Notes: a model not told the origin generated them from the letters alone. Counted from the first letter of the stretch, positions 50,101 through 62,516 are shown. The stretch: 64,000 nt of DNA from Botryllus schlosseri (GCA_051294905.1 CM119381.1:23188001-23252000); one strand, 5' to 3'. Numbers and translations are program-made.

Positions 50101-51963
50101 TCACCGTGTTAAAGAGGCCTTATTTAAGTATGGGTAATTAGAAGTAAGTGATTATGTAAAAGGCCTAGTATAAAGAAAGTAAATAAGTCAATGTTTTTAA
50201 AAAAAATGGGAAATTTATTCCGTATCCACAAATTCCAGCGTAAGGCTGAGTTTTAAGTAATGCAAATATGTGATTAAAATGAAATAACCATTATGAGAAA
50301 TTGTAGCAAAGCGAGGCTATGCGAAGACGCGTAATTAGATAAGATGAATTGAAGTTAGAAAAATAAAGTTAATTATAAAATCCCAATTCCCAGTGCTACT
50401 GGTATATCTTAATAGTTCATAGCCGAGATCGAAATTGCCGGTTAAAAAGAGCTGATATTGCCGCAGAATTATCATATTAAATACGGTGGGATGTTATGTT
50501 AAAGTCGGCTGAAAAGCCGCGTCAATATTGTTATCGAATTCACATTGACGGTATGTAATTACGGTAGTTAAAAAAAGGGTAGCGCTTAAATACGCGCGGA
50601 ACTCAATGTCGCATGAATGACAGATGAAATCACAAAAAGTAATGTATGAATTAGGTTTAAAGAAATATTATAAAATTACAATAATGGGATTGGTAGTTAT
50701 GTTCCAAGGAAATGCCGTGAATTTAATGAAACGAACAAAAAAACAGATTGGTAAATAACGACGGTGGTGGGTAGTGACGTACGCGGTAATATGAATGTAG
50801 GAAAACCGCAAAATTTGTAATAAAATCGAAATGGAGTTGCAATTAAACAATTGTAAGCAAATGGTATGTTAAACGAGTTACACGGTAGGCTAGTCGTGAC
50901 AAAGTGAAGTTAACGCGAAACAATAAATTCATATTGTTAATTTATTCGCTAAAACCTTTTCGACTAACTCTCATCAGTAGCGAACGTTAGTGATGATGGG
51001 GTGAATCAAATTTGAAATGTAAGAAATAGTTTGTCTGTATGACGTAATGATAACAAAAACAAACAACTGGTAGACGGGCTAGATACGGTAGTAATGGTAC
51101 AAAATGAACGTTAACGAGTAATTAGTAGTTAGTGAGTAATGGATCGGTAGTAATTATTCGATTTCACGGGAGAGAGAAGCAATTATATCGGGCGGTCGAG
51201 AGTGTAATTCCCGACGAGGAATGGATGTGATAATTTCGTTAGAAAGCAAAACGCTAAGATTCAAATAATAGTTTTTAAGGCCGTAATATAAAAACGAAAC
51301 CAATGAACAATGTTCTGTCAGTGTCAGAGTATCACTCAAATCTGGTTCTCTGAATGTCATGGCGACGAATATTGGAACACAAACCACGAAAATAATTATA
51401 TAGAAAGCACGAATCGAGCAATAACGAGGAAATTTGCTGCTAGCCGATAAAGCCAAGTGAGATAAATCATTCTCACTGCAAAATGCATTCCCGAAATTCG
51501 AAGTCAAGTAAACGGGTTTACCGTGTAAGTCTGGAAAAGTCCTGGATGGCTCCATAGCAGTTGTAAGTCCAATTTTGTAGGAGGCGATTCGTCCTTCGTT
51601 GAAGCTGAAATCATCTCACGAGTTGGCACCATGCAGACCGGATATGGCGTCTGATAACCTGCTAGAGTTGCAACCTGAGTCCCACGTAATGGGTGGCTGG
51701 GTAGATATACTTAGCTCAGGGTAGTAGGCGCACGTTCCTGCGTTAGTCCTGGATCTGACAACTTCAACGTGAATGCAACGACAGTATTGCCTCAGATAGA
51801 TATATTGGTCGAATAGGTATGGAATATACAGTAGGATATCGCGTATGAGTCTAGTTTGTAATTGAATGCACGAGCTAATAAATGGTAAGTCGCGTGGTAG
51901 CGAGAAGAAAGATATAAGTCACGTGATATACAGATATGAGAGAGAAGGGGACAAATCCCCACA
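47164..51963 (-). mobile_element. Non-autonomous LTR retrotransposon (LARD-like), very recent insertion
   Basis: 332-bp LTRs at 47164-47495 and 51632-51963, identical by eye, with TG...CA ends; 4-bp TSD AAAG; minus-strand PBS TGGTGCCAACTCG (51631-51619) and PPT GGAAGGGGTGA (47506-47496); no gag/pol-length ORF in 4.1 kb. Confidence 0.95.
50945..50984 (-). ncRNA. Hammerhead ribozyme-like motif inside the LTR element
   Basis: TTCGCTA-CTGATGA-GAGTTAGTC-GAA-AAGGTT-T-TAGCGAA: 7-bp perfect stem I, full core, same spacing as the PLE hammerheads in this window. Confidence 0.6.
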
Positions 51964-53055
51964 AAAGGTACAACTGCCACACTTTGCATTCAAAATACAA
52001 GAGTGAACATATTTTTTGAATTATTTTGACTTGTTTGCAAAGTGAAATCCAAAGGTGATGCTATAAAGTAATCAGCGTTAGGCTTACTACTCAAGTAGAA
52101 GCACAAGCTGTACATTTCTACTCAAGTAAAAGTACCGTAGTGACTTCTAAAGCACGTCAAAACTAGATCAAGTGGATTAAAAAAATGAAAGATGTCAAAA
52201 GTATTCAAGAAGCAAGATTTGGTCGATGGTTTGCAAACTTTTGGCAGTTAATCATTGACTTCTTTCACAATTGCAAGATGCCACTGACGCAAAATGACTA
52301 ATAACCCTATAGGTTCAAACTATGACTGCTATTTTATGCATTTCTTACAATTTCACTCATAAAGTGATCCAAACTTGGTGCATAACTACTTTCAACTTTT
52401 AAAAATAAGAAGTGTATCATATATCAGCATATCATGAAGGACAAAAATTTAGATTATAAACAAATCTTAGTTTTACAGGACATCGTTCTTCAAGGACAAA
52501 TCTTAGAAATACGGACGGTATGGTAACCCAGCCTATAGGTCAAGCTCTGCCAAAACGCTCATGTTGGTGCTGAGGTGTGATAATTAATTAGTTTCATTGT
52601 GATTAGTTACAATTGTCCAATGTAGACGGTTAATGAGCGAATCACAATATTAGCAATTAGCACATAAAGAGGACCTATATCCAATGCAAAGTTGCAAAGG
52701 CCGTTTTGGTTTTAGCCAATCTATGTAAATATAAGCCGCTGTTTCGTTAGATTAAAAACGCAAGAAAGGATACATACCTGCGATTGCCGAATAAATATAA
52801 TAGAATTTTTCAAGTACATGTACAAAGAACCAATTTAGCTGAGAATTTGCGTTAACTCCAGGGGGGATGAATGTCACGCGTCTGTTTATCATGAAAAGTT
52901 GGCCTCCATAACAGCTTGATTTATGTGTGATGTGAGCGATAAGTCAAAGGTCATATGTCGCAGCGGTTGTTTTGATTCCATCCTAAATGATTCCATTCTG
53001 TACTTCGCATTTGTTCTGGTGGCGTATTGTAAGCCTTGTATAACCCCTTTAGGAC

Positions 53056-56000
53056 ATGTTTCGCAGAAACCGTGGAAAGAGGGCAGTAGTTAACATTCCG
53101 AAACGGAAATGGAAGACCGGAAATCCGCATCAAAAGGATTGGGACGTATGATCGATGCTTATTGTTGATTTAATTTAATTTCTTAATGCCTATATGAGAT
53201 GACCACCGTCAAAAGTCTTAAAGTCGGAATGCCGATATAAGCGATTTCTAATGGATGAATACTACCGTGCTTATTTGAATGCTGCCACCGTTAGCCAACA
53301 TAATATAGCTGAAATTCGTGGCCTATACATGATAGCCTACATTTGATTTTTGAAAATATTTCACCGGATCAAATCAACTTATTATTCTTTAAATTAGAAA
53401 AAATAGGAGATCTGTGTTTAAGGTAACAGCTTGTTCGGTAATACAATTCACTTGAAGCCAGAATTGAATAATGTTCCACATAACCAATATTCATAAAATA
53501 TCATATTTGACACCAACTTGAAACTTTTACATTGTGACTGCTTACAGTTACAAACATTGTTGTCCGTCGTCCGGTAATATCAGCTTGTACAAGAGATCTT
53601 CACTTTTCCCTTTGGCATATACACAGCTGATTTTAAAACAACTATGCCTGAATCCTCTATTCAATTGCTGTTACAGTGGGGGATTTTTGGCACTTCTTCG
53701 GTATTCTCCACTCAGCGACCAGTGTTCCCCCATGACACCAACAAATGTTTCCCATGAACACGAACAAAAATTTATAAACGTCAAAATAAATTGTTGTTTT
53801 TTGTGTCTTTGTAGAGACGGATATTTGGGTGGGGGTTGGGAAAGGGGGATTGGATGTGGGTTAGGGCCAAGGTTGGGGGATATTAGGGTTAGGGGGGATA
53901 TTAGGGTTGGGGGAGGTGGGATATTAGGGTTAGGGGAGGTGGGATATTAGGGTTAGGGTTATGATTAGGGTTAGGTTAGGGGAGGTGGGATATTAGGGTT
54001 AGGGGTTAGGGCTTAGGGTTATGATTAGGGTTAGGTTAGGGGAGGTGGGATATTAGGGTTAGGTTAGGATTAGGGGAGGTGGGATATTAGGGTTATGATT
54101 AGGGTTAGGTTAGGATTAGGGGAGGTGGGATATTGGGGTTGAGGGTGATGTTAGGGGAGGCGGGATATAGGGTTGGAGAGAGGGGTGATATTAGGGTTGG
54201 AGAAGAGGGTTAGGGACATGATATTCAACCCTAACATCCCCCTTTTCCCCAACCCTAATATCACCCCCTCTCCCTAATATTACGCCTCCCCTAACATCTC
54301 CCTCAACCCTAATATCCCACCTCCCCTAACCCTAATCATAACCTAACCCTAACATCCCCCTCTCCCCCCAACCCTAATATCTCCCCTCTCCTCAACCCTA
54401 ACCCTAATATCCCACCTCCCCTAACACCCCCCTCTCCCTCAACCCTAATATCTCCCCTCCCACAACCCTAATATCCCCGTTCCCCTAACCCCAACTTTGA
54501 CCCTAACCCACCTCCAATCCCCCCTTCCCCAACCCTAATATACCCTCATTACACCCCTAATCTTGGGATACCCTAACCCACCTCCAATCTCCCTTTCCCG
54601 CAACCCAGTAGTACAAAGACACAAAACAACAATTTATTTTGACGTTTATAAATTTTTGTTCGTGTTCATGGGAAACATTTGTTGGTGTCATTGGGGAACA
54701 CTGGTCGCTGAGTGGAGAATACCGAAGAAGTACCGGATTTTTGACTACTGTGACCTTAAAATTATCCTCTGAATTACCATATGAATAATCAAATTCGTCC
54801 ATTTATAACAACAAATTCATTTCCCACAGAGCACCGTCAATGATCTGTCTGTTCATAGAGCCTCAGAAGAAGAAGTGGTAAGGAATTAAATTGTAGTGCG
54901 TCGCTGTTTCCATCAACAGTATATGTATTGCAGCAACGTCGTAGGCTCATTCACAAATCAAAAAATGCCAGTGCAGCCAGAAGAGCACTTGGTGAACGGG
55001 CGAGAAGAGTTTTCATGGACCCAGCCAGCCCTGCTCAGGTTGAAATGGAAATGAAAAAATTAGCAATTTTAAAAGAGGTGGGGTCTCATGCAATGAATTT
55101 ATCTGAATTCGGACTCATGCAGAAGAGGGTTGTTCAAAGAGAACTTTTTCCCCCAAATTTACCTGCAATTCAATGAAATATTAGGTTTGGGTTGACTAAA
55201 CGACGGCTCAATTCCTGCGTGTAGAAGCAAATTCATTAGAGAAATTAGAAAAAAAATTAATTTACTTAGAAGCGTAAGTTATTTGAATACAATATCTTGG
55301 ATTTGAAGCTATAGTAGCCAATATATTGTGGGGAAGTCATTAATTATTAATTATAGATTCACCCACTGTCAATACTATTATTTCCAATCCAACATTTTGA
55401 ACGTCGCAAACTTTGCTTCTATCCCAATTTTGCTATGCATTGTTTTTGTAGACAACAACAATTTCACAAGAATTTTTTTTTCATTTCAAATTTTCGAACT
55501 CCAATAGCTTTTCTTCTACAGGTTGGAATTGAACCAAATTTGGTATGCAGCGTTTTGATAGCCAACCTAACAATTTTATTGAATAGGCTGTCAAATTTAG
55601 AAGAGAGACATTATTTTTCAACAATCATAATGTAGAACCTGGTGTGATGACGGACCCTGTGATTTTTGATGCATTATCCAGGTTTTGTATGATCACGACG
55701 ATTTGAACGAAGTGCTAAAACGAGTGGACAACACCATGTATTCCGTTAAGACAATGTTTCACGGTGCGCCGTATCGCACTGCAGGTGACTTAGCCAGCTA
55801 TGCTCCTGGATATGGGATTGGCACTAATAATTACTTGCCTTGAAGGAAACGTCAATGTGACATCTGCGCCTGGTTCAAAGTGTTCAATCAAAGGACCGGT
55901 GCCTGTGCGGGATGAGCCCACGACTCAGATGAGTTTATTATCAGATTCCATTATGGACAAGCATGCTTTGAATGAAGAGGTAATAATAAATTTAAATTTT

Positions 56001-59000
56001 TTTCATATTTATATTTTGCGGGGCAAAATATTCGAATATTCTGTCTTTCATTTAGTTTGGTGTCAAAGTTACATCTGGATGCAATTATGATAAATTATTT
56101 TACTGTGCAGTTACACTGTTTCAGGGCTTAATTTATCATATCTATTCCCATACCTCATGATGATATTCAGTGGCTATTTTTCTTCAGTCATCCAGCTCAG
56201 AGGCTGAAGAAGGGGATGAGAAATTTGAATCCAAAATCGATTATGAAAGATTTTTGGATATTTTGAAAGAATCTCTGAAAGCAACGCCTGCTCCCCCTGC
56301 AGCAACTTCAGGTAAAATGCCAACTGCATTTGTAATTCATACTGCTGTTAGAAGCATTATTTCATCTTTTTTCACAATTGAATAACATAGAATTCTATAT
56401 TTCAGGGTAAATAATTAACTTGAGTTGTATGCGATGCCAATGGCCTACATCATTTCTATCAATCTGTGGTGTTGCAAGTTTGAGTAGAATATTTATATAA
56501 TTTTGTTTGTGATGTCATTATGTGGCTTCCTAAACTTGATTAACGAGATTTAAGAAGCAGTTAATCCTCCTCCACAGTAGCCGAGGGAGGATTAGCCTGT
56601 GTTGAGGGCACTGTTCACAACTGTTTCGAATAACTTCTTCTGATCTTTTATCAGGTGGAACCTGTGTAGCGCCATGTAGTAATGAGGATAAATCGGCAGC
56701 AGACCGTAACCAAGCCTTGAACAGAACAGAAGAAGTTAAAAGGACAATGTCTCGGATTGAATCGCAGAGTCAGGATACCGTGGAGGATTCCAAGAATATA
56801 CAGTGAGTTGTGTTAGAAAATTTGCTATTGTTTTTTTTTCAAAATTTGGGATTCTTTGAATTAAAAGCGTTAGTTTGAGAAATCAATTTTAGATGCGAAC
56901 AACTATCACATAAATTTTCCTGTAGCGACAAAGTGCCAATAATTTCATCAATTCAAAATAGATAACATTATATTGGCTCAAACGAGCAAACGTCTTTCCC
57001 TTCAACAGTAGGAAAATCGATGGTACGATCAGTGATCTTGTTTCGGGAAACATGAAAAAGAAGTCACATTCCACTGAGCCTGAAAATCAGTCAGCCGCAC
57101 CGCCTCCTCGCGCCAATATATCTGCTGCAAATTTAACTTACGAAAACCTCCAGTGTAAGTACCGACGTTGACACCGTGCCATTGAGAATCAACAGTTTGA
57201 GATACGCTCAATCGCAGGTGCGATGGAGTCTGTGGCGAATAACTTGTCGGAATTAGAGAACAGACGCGGCAACGAAGGCATATCTCAATCGCTCAGTACC
57301 TCCGTAAAAGCGGACGGCCTCGCTGGATTCACAGCGACGCTGATTGACGCCGTGACGAGGCTTACGCTCTACGTCAATGAGGTACCGCAAATATAGCTTT
57401 GATTCAAAAGTTTGAGTACTTCGTGTTTCTGCAAATATGCGAAATATGCTAGAAATAGTGATTTACGGTAATTGGTAATGCTATTGGTCCGATGATCTAA
57501 TATAATTTCGTGACGGTTCTGTATGCTTGCTGCGTTGGTTCGTTTGTTTTTAAATTCGTCAAGCCTTCCAAAACTTCACTTTCTAATCCTTCTCGTTGTA
57601 ATTCACAGCTAATTTTTGTATTTCCATGAAGACTAAAAAGTTATTATTTGAACATTTTGTGATGTAACACGAATATTAGGTACTGTAACTGTATCGGGAG
57701 GAAAAATTACGTTATGCCATGTTACGCATGGTTTTCTGGAGTGTTCAAGGTGTACTCTAGTTAATATAGCGCTGCAACTTTCTCTGGATTGTCTTCCGTC
57801 ATATTAGGTGCTGATGCAATACTTCATGATTATAATCAATGCTGATGCAATCTTTTTGTTCTTGGACTAATACCATTTTGACCTGCATTCTCATACATTA
57901 CAATGATTGAAATAGAAGCTCAACTATATCCCGCATGGTACTTGCCATGTTGGATCAGCGATGTGCGTCACAGTATGGCCAAAGCGGTGCCCCTACCCGT
58001 GTATCTATATTCAGGCCGAAGGCAAAATGCTGGTTATGGAATCGAAGATGTCCGAACTAAAAGACCAGAGCGACCACCAGAGGGCTCTGCTGGACGCGCT
58101 CACCGCCGAATTGATGCGCACTCAGGAGCAGTTGGCGTCCGCCAAGGAAGCGCGAGACGAAATGCGAAAGAATCATGATGAGCTCAAAGAATCTGTTACG
58201 GCGGAACTTGGTGATTTGAAAAGACTGGTGCACCGGTTACAGGACAATAAAAATGACGAAGCCAAAGGTACTTTGTATTTTTTGGCATCACATAGTGGTA
58301 CCACACAGAGGTAGTCAGTAACAAAGTGCTTGATTTTAGACTACTTCTCAGATTTCAGTTTTTTAGCAAAAGCTAAACCTAGAATACATACGTATATTTA
58401 CTTGGTTGGAAATTGCTACTTGTATTTGAGTGGAAAATTGCGTCATGATTTCTACCTCTACTCGATTACCGGCGGTGCAGCGCCTAACTTCGATTGGTGT
58501 TTAGGCTCGGTGAATTCGGCGCCTGTTCTGGACATTGCTGATGCCGCGGTTACTGGGGATGTAAGTGGGCACAATCTAACTACAGTGTCTGTAGCTTTGT
58601 TATTTCTCTGTCTCTTTCAGCAGGGATCCTGCGAGAAAGAGGAAGAAGCTTTGAAATTTGATATGCTATCACTGCTCGGAGCTTTGAAGTCGCAAAAGCC
58701 TAAGGTATAGTGAATTGATACGGTTTCCGTGGGTGTATGTGATCTTAGTTGCAGATAATTTGATTGACACATTAGAAAGTGCTGTTTCAATCATTTATGT
58801 GACAGAACATTGTTTTTTTCAAGTGACATACATAAAAAAGTGCCATTCTAATTGTGAAAGTGTGAGAACAGTGTGTTTTGGGTGAATATATGAAAAAAAT
58901 TGTTGTTTTAATCATTCGAGTGACAGGGTAGTGTGTGCGAAGTGACGCGCGTAAATTGTTGTTTTAGTGATTTGAGTGACAGAAACAAAACTGTTTCGTG

Positions 59001-62000
59001 TTACACATTGACATGTTCCATTTGAACTACCATGTCTAAACCCTAACCAACATGGATTATTTGTCAAATGGCTATTATCGACATTGTCACTCGAATAAAA
59101 TTGACTAAATCTGAAGTTGAATCATGTGTCACTGAAATGAATGCATTTGTCATTTAGCTCACCATCTACCGGTTTCTGTTCATTTCTGTAGGTATACGGT
59201 TTGTTTATCATGTTTTGGGAGTGACGTTGTGATGACCAATTGCCGTTTCAAGACTCCTACGATGGGAGGAAACTATTAAAGCTTTATTTCTCATTTCTAA
59301 AACAACTCTTAGTGCAAAGGGCATTCGAATTGATCCACTTTACTATTCGAGTTACTGAATCGTTGTGACGAGCCCCCATCACTGTTAAAAAGATTGAATC
59401 GAATTATATTTCTTTTCAGAACGAAGACAACGAAAAGCCTTCCTCGTCAGGAGTCGTTGTTTCCTTGAACAACGATACCACCAGGAACGCAGCGCAAACC
59501 GTCGCCTCGGTGGAAAGCCAGTTGCGGCATTTGAAACTGCAGCACGTAGAAGCTCAAAACCGCTTGCAAGAGTTTACTGTTGTTGCCGGGGAACTGGCTG
59601 GGAACGCACGACCGGCCCAGTTTCAACAGGATGTGCCAGGTACTCGTTGTGCGGACTTTGTGTGAATCAAACAATTTTAAGGGTTTGTAAAATTTCTGAC
59701 CATGCTTTTTTGGCAATGTGAGTTATGCGTTCGATATGATAATGGAATACTTTCTGTTCTAATCTTTTTTAACACGATTGGTCACCAGGATTGTAATGAC
59801 TTGAGTCATGATTCTTCGTTGACTCGACTCGACTTGAGTCAATTTGTGTATTAACTCGACTTGTTTTTGAGTCATTGTTCATGACTCGACCAAGTCATAT
59901 GACTCGAAACATTCTACATTACTCAATTCAAGTCCCATGTATGAGAACGAACACTCGAAAAATAGGCGCAGAAACCCTATTTTATCTGTTTGAATAAACA
60001 TGTTAAGAGTACATTATGAATGCAAGACATTCGATGTCACAGAAATGAGTTGAAGTTACAGAAGTCGTTATATCATATCGTGGTTCGGTAATCTCCAGCG
60101 CTGATTAGTATACACCTATTTTCGCACATCCCCAGGAGCATCGGCATCGCCAAATGCAAGCTCGGCCACGCCTTCCATCGTCAGCGGTACTCTCACGCCT
60201 CGACCAGGTGAAGAGTTTTTCGAAATGATCCCGTCCAATCACAACGTCTCCGAGTCGGTTTCGTCCATTACAATCACCAGCTCGCTGTTGCCAAACGTCG
60301 ACACGTCGCGACCCAGCCTACAAAGCGACAAACCCCCCAAACAGGACCCGCGGTCACCGTCGAGCGACAGAAGACTACTGCAAGACGCGTACAGTGTGAA
60401 ATCTTCGGACCGCGTCTGCTTGTCGGATGATTCCTTCCACGAGCTTCGACCGAGCAGTATCCCACTGCTGTTGCAACAGTCGAACACCGATTGGGCTTCT
60501 TCGCAATCCGAAGATGGGTTGAAGCTGCTGGAGAAAAGTCTACATCAGGCGTTCTCGGCGCTGCCTCCTTTCAAGCCGATCAGTGTAAGCCAGCCCGAAG
60601 CAGCTACTAGGCCAGATCCTCTCACTGCTTCGATAAAAGAGACTCAGGTAAGCGAAGTTAGTCTTCAAAGTGATCTTAGATCATAGGTGGTCAGTATTGA
60701 ATTGCTTAACGTTTCCGAATATTCGAGTAGGTTTTGCCTACTTGCACTATTTACTCAAGTCATTATGTTTTTAGACTAATTGACAGTTATTTAAGCAAGG
60801 ATACTATCTTCTTACTTTCAATAAAGTAGATGTTCTTCATTACTGACCGGCAGGGACATAGACAGGTGGGTGGAATCGCAGACAACTGTACCCCCTTTAC
60901 AAGTTCGACTCTACCCCTTTTAAAATGCCTATTGTACCCTCGGAGAAAGTAATCTGCTTATTCTGAATGCATTTTCATATTGTACATATTGTTTCTTAAA
61001 GCCATTGGTGATGGTGCTCTAAGTCTGAACGCAGACAGAGCTAGACCTATATATATTGTTATATACTGTCTGACCGATCTAAATCTTTTTAATTAACCAT
61101 TATTCATACTAAATTATGCTCTCACATTCAGTCGTCATGCGCACCTATATTTGTACGTGATTCTCTTCCCCTGATTTGTAAGTACGTCATTATTGGCATA
61201 TTGGTACTATTTAAATGTATATTTTAGTATACTGTAACTGGCATGTTTATGCGTATAGAAATGTTAACACGAACAAGATTATCTGATCCTTGTTGCATTG
61301 GCATTTGTAGATAGATTTAACCTGACTAATCGATTCGAATTTAGAATATTATATGTTTTTAAAATATCCCTCCTCTCCCCCCTTTTGTTTCACCTCTCTC
61401 CTTTTCTCTCGACTGGCTACGCTCCTGCTGACCGGTGACCAGTTCCAGTTAATTTCCCTTTCTAGTTCAATCTCGAGGATCGTATCGCAGACCTTAATCG
61501 CCAGCACGCAGAAGCTCAAGCAAGACTACAAGGTCTTTTGAAAAGGAAGACTGGAGGGACAAGCCCGACCACCACATCATCGTCTTCAGGTAGAGTAATC
61601 ACGCCGGCAATTGTGTTATATAGTGAGCTACACAAAACCGAGAAGCAGAATGATTCAATGAATGAGATTACACACTGCAAAGATTTGTGTCCCTATTGTA
61701 GGAATTGCAAAGCTGTGGACCAGTCGTTAGCATGTAGGCCTAATGATGAAGTATGTTTTGATACCTCAGAATTTAGCGTGCTCAAGCACTGTTAGCCTCA
61801 CGAAATTCCTGTTTAGAATCGTGACATCCCTAATACGCAGTTAGTGGAGTTATATTTAGAAAATCAATAAGCCTGATAGCTATATAAATAACTTGGCAAT
61901 ATCCCAGCTGTTTACTGGTGAACATTACTCACTTTTGCATTTTGCTAGTTCTCTTGTTTCAATTGTCATCCGTAGAGACGTATTGGATCTTTGTCGTTCG

Positions 62001-62139
62001 ATGGTAGTTTTATGTGCTTCTCATAACAGGTAGCTCCAAAGTAATCCAAGTTACCCTACCTACTGAGGACATGTTGAAAACTCCGCAAGTACACAAACCA
62101 CCTCAGCCTTTCCAGCCAACACAGTTCGAAGGATTTTAA
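53056..62139 (+). CDS. SPICE1: Spindle and centriole-associated protein 1 orthologue (exons 53056-53145, 54830-54877, 54934-55077, 55682-55784, 55846-55979, 56188-56311, 56655-56802, 57009-57154, 57218-57381, 58015-58267, 58505-58560, 58621-58704, 59420-59639, 60136-60647, 61466-61589, 62030-62139)
   Basis: Motifs match human SPICE1 as recalled: KDWD-STVNDLSVHRA...IHKSKN, GLAGFTATLIDAVTRLTLYVNE, LLDALTAELMR, LEDRIADLNRQ, IQVTLP; phase-consistent exon chain. Confidence 0.9.
53689..54734. mobile_element. Foldback DNA element (Merlin-like) with inverted telomere-like arrays
   Basis: ~125-bp near-perfect TIRs starting GG(C/T)ACTTCTTCGG; TSD GGATTTTT(G) at 53681 and 54735; interior is TTAGGG-like left of ~54220 and CCCTAA-like right of it. 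Confidence 0.85.
53813..54611. repeat. Degenerate (TTAGGG)n / (CCCTAA)n head-to-head arrays
   Basis: Many TTAGGG and GGGGAGGTGGGATATTAGGG units, mirrored on the opposite strand. Confidence 0.92.
60851..61427. mobile_element. hAT-like MITE in a SPICE1 intron
   Basis: Degenerate TIR CAGGGACATAGACAG / CTGGCTACGCTCCTG; perfect 8-bp TSD CTGACCGG. Confidence 0.82.
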
Positions 62140-62256
62140 TGTGTGGGAAGAGGTGGTAGTGGTTCTCGTGGATTATCATGGAATTACGGAACAAAAGAAA
62201 GATTTTATTTGTTAAATTGTCTTTCTGAGCTCAATAAATACATATTAGAGAATATT

Positions 62257-62516
62257 ATAACCACTTTGATACTGCATTTTCTTCATCTTCTGCTGTAGTG
62301 ATCTTGAACGAAGTGAAAACATCCTTGGTTAGTTTAGGTACAGCCTTGTCAGGAAAGGATAATTAGTGGTTAGTTAGTAACAAATAGCTTGTTGATAGCT
62401 GACAACACTAGGACTCATCACACAGATCAAGAAAGTCGGCTATCCATACTCACATTTTATGGTTAATGTGTATCAATTTCAAGACCCCATCACCAGAGTC
62501 AACATTGATCATCTGT
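62257..62516 (-). CDS. Possible last exons of an unidentified convergent gene
   Basis: AG-bounded frames MINVDSGDGVLKLIHINHK (GTGAGT donor) and AVPKLTKDVFTSFKITTAEDEENAVSKWL*; phases not reconciled; no family recognised. Confidence 0.3.

Noticed and set aside
53534-53950. 138-aa ORF and its mirror at 54557-54802
   Set aside because: Both arise from the two TIRs of the foldback element; shared peptide reflects the inverted repeat
53813-54611. True telomere or chromosome-fusion scar
   Set aside because: Arrays are degenerate and enclosed by TIRs and a TSD in the intron of an intact gene, which fits a transposon better
60239-60487. Antisense ORFs over the SPICE1 Ser-rich exon
   Set aside because: Shadow ORFs of a GC-richer coding exon
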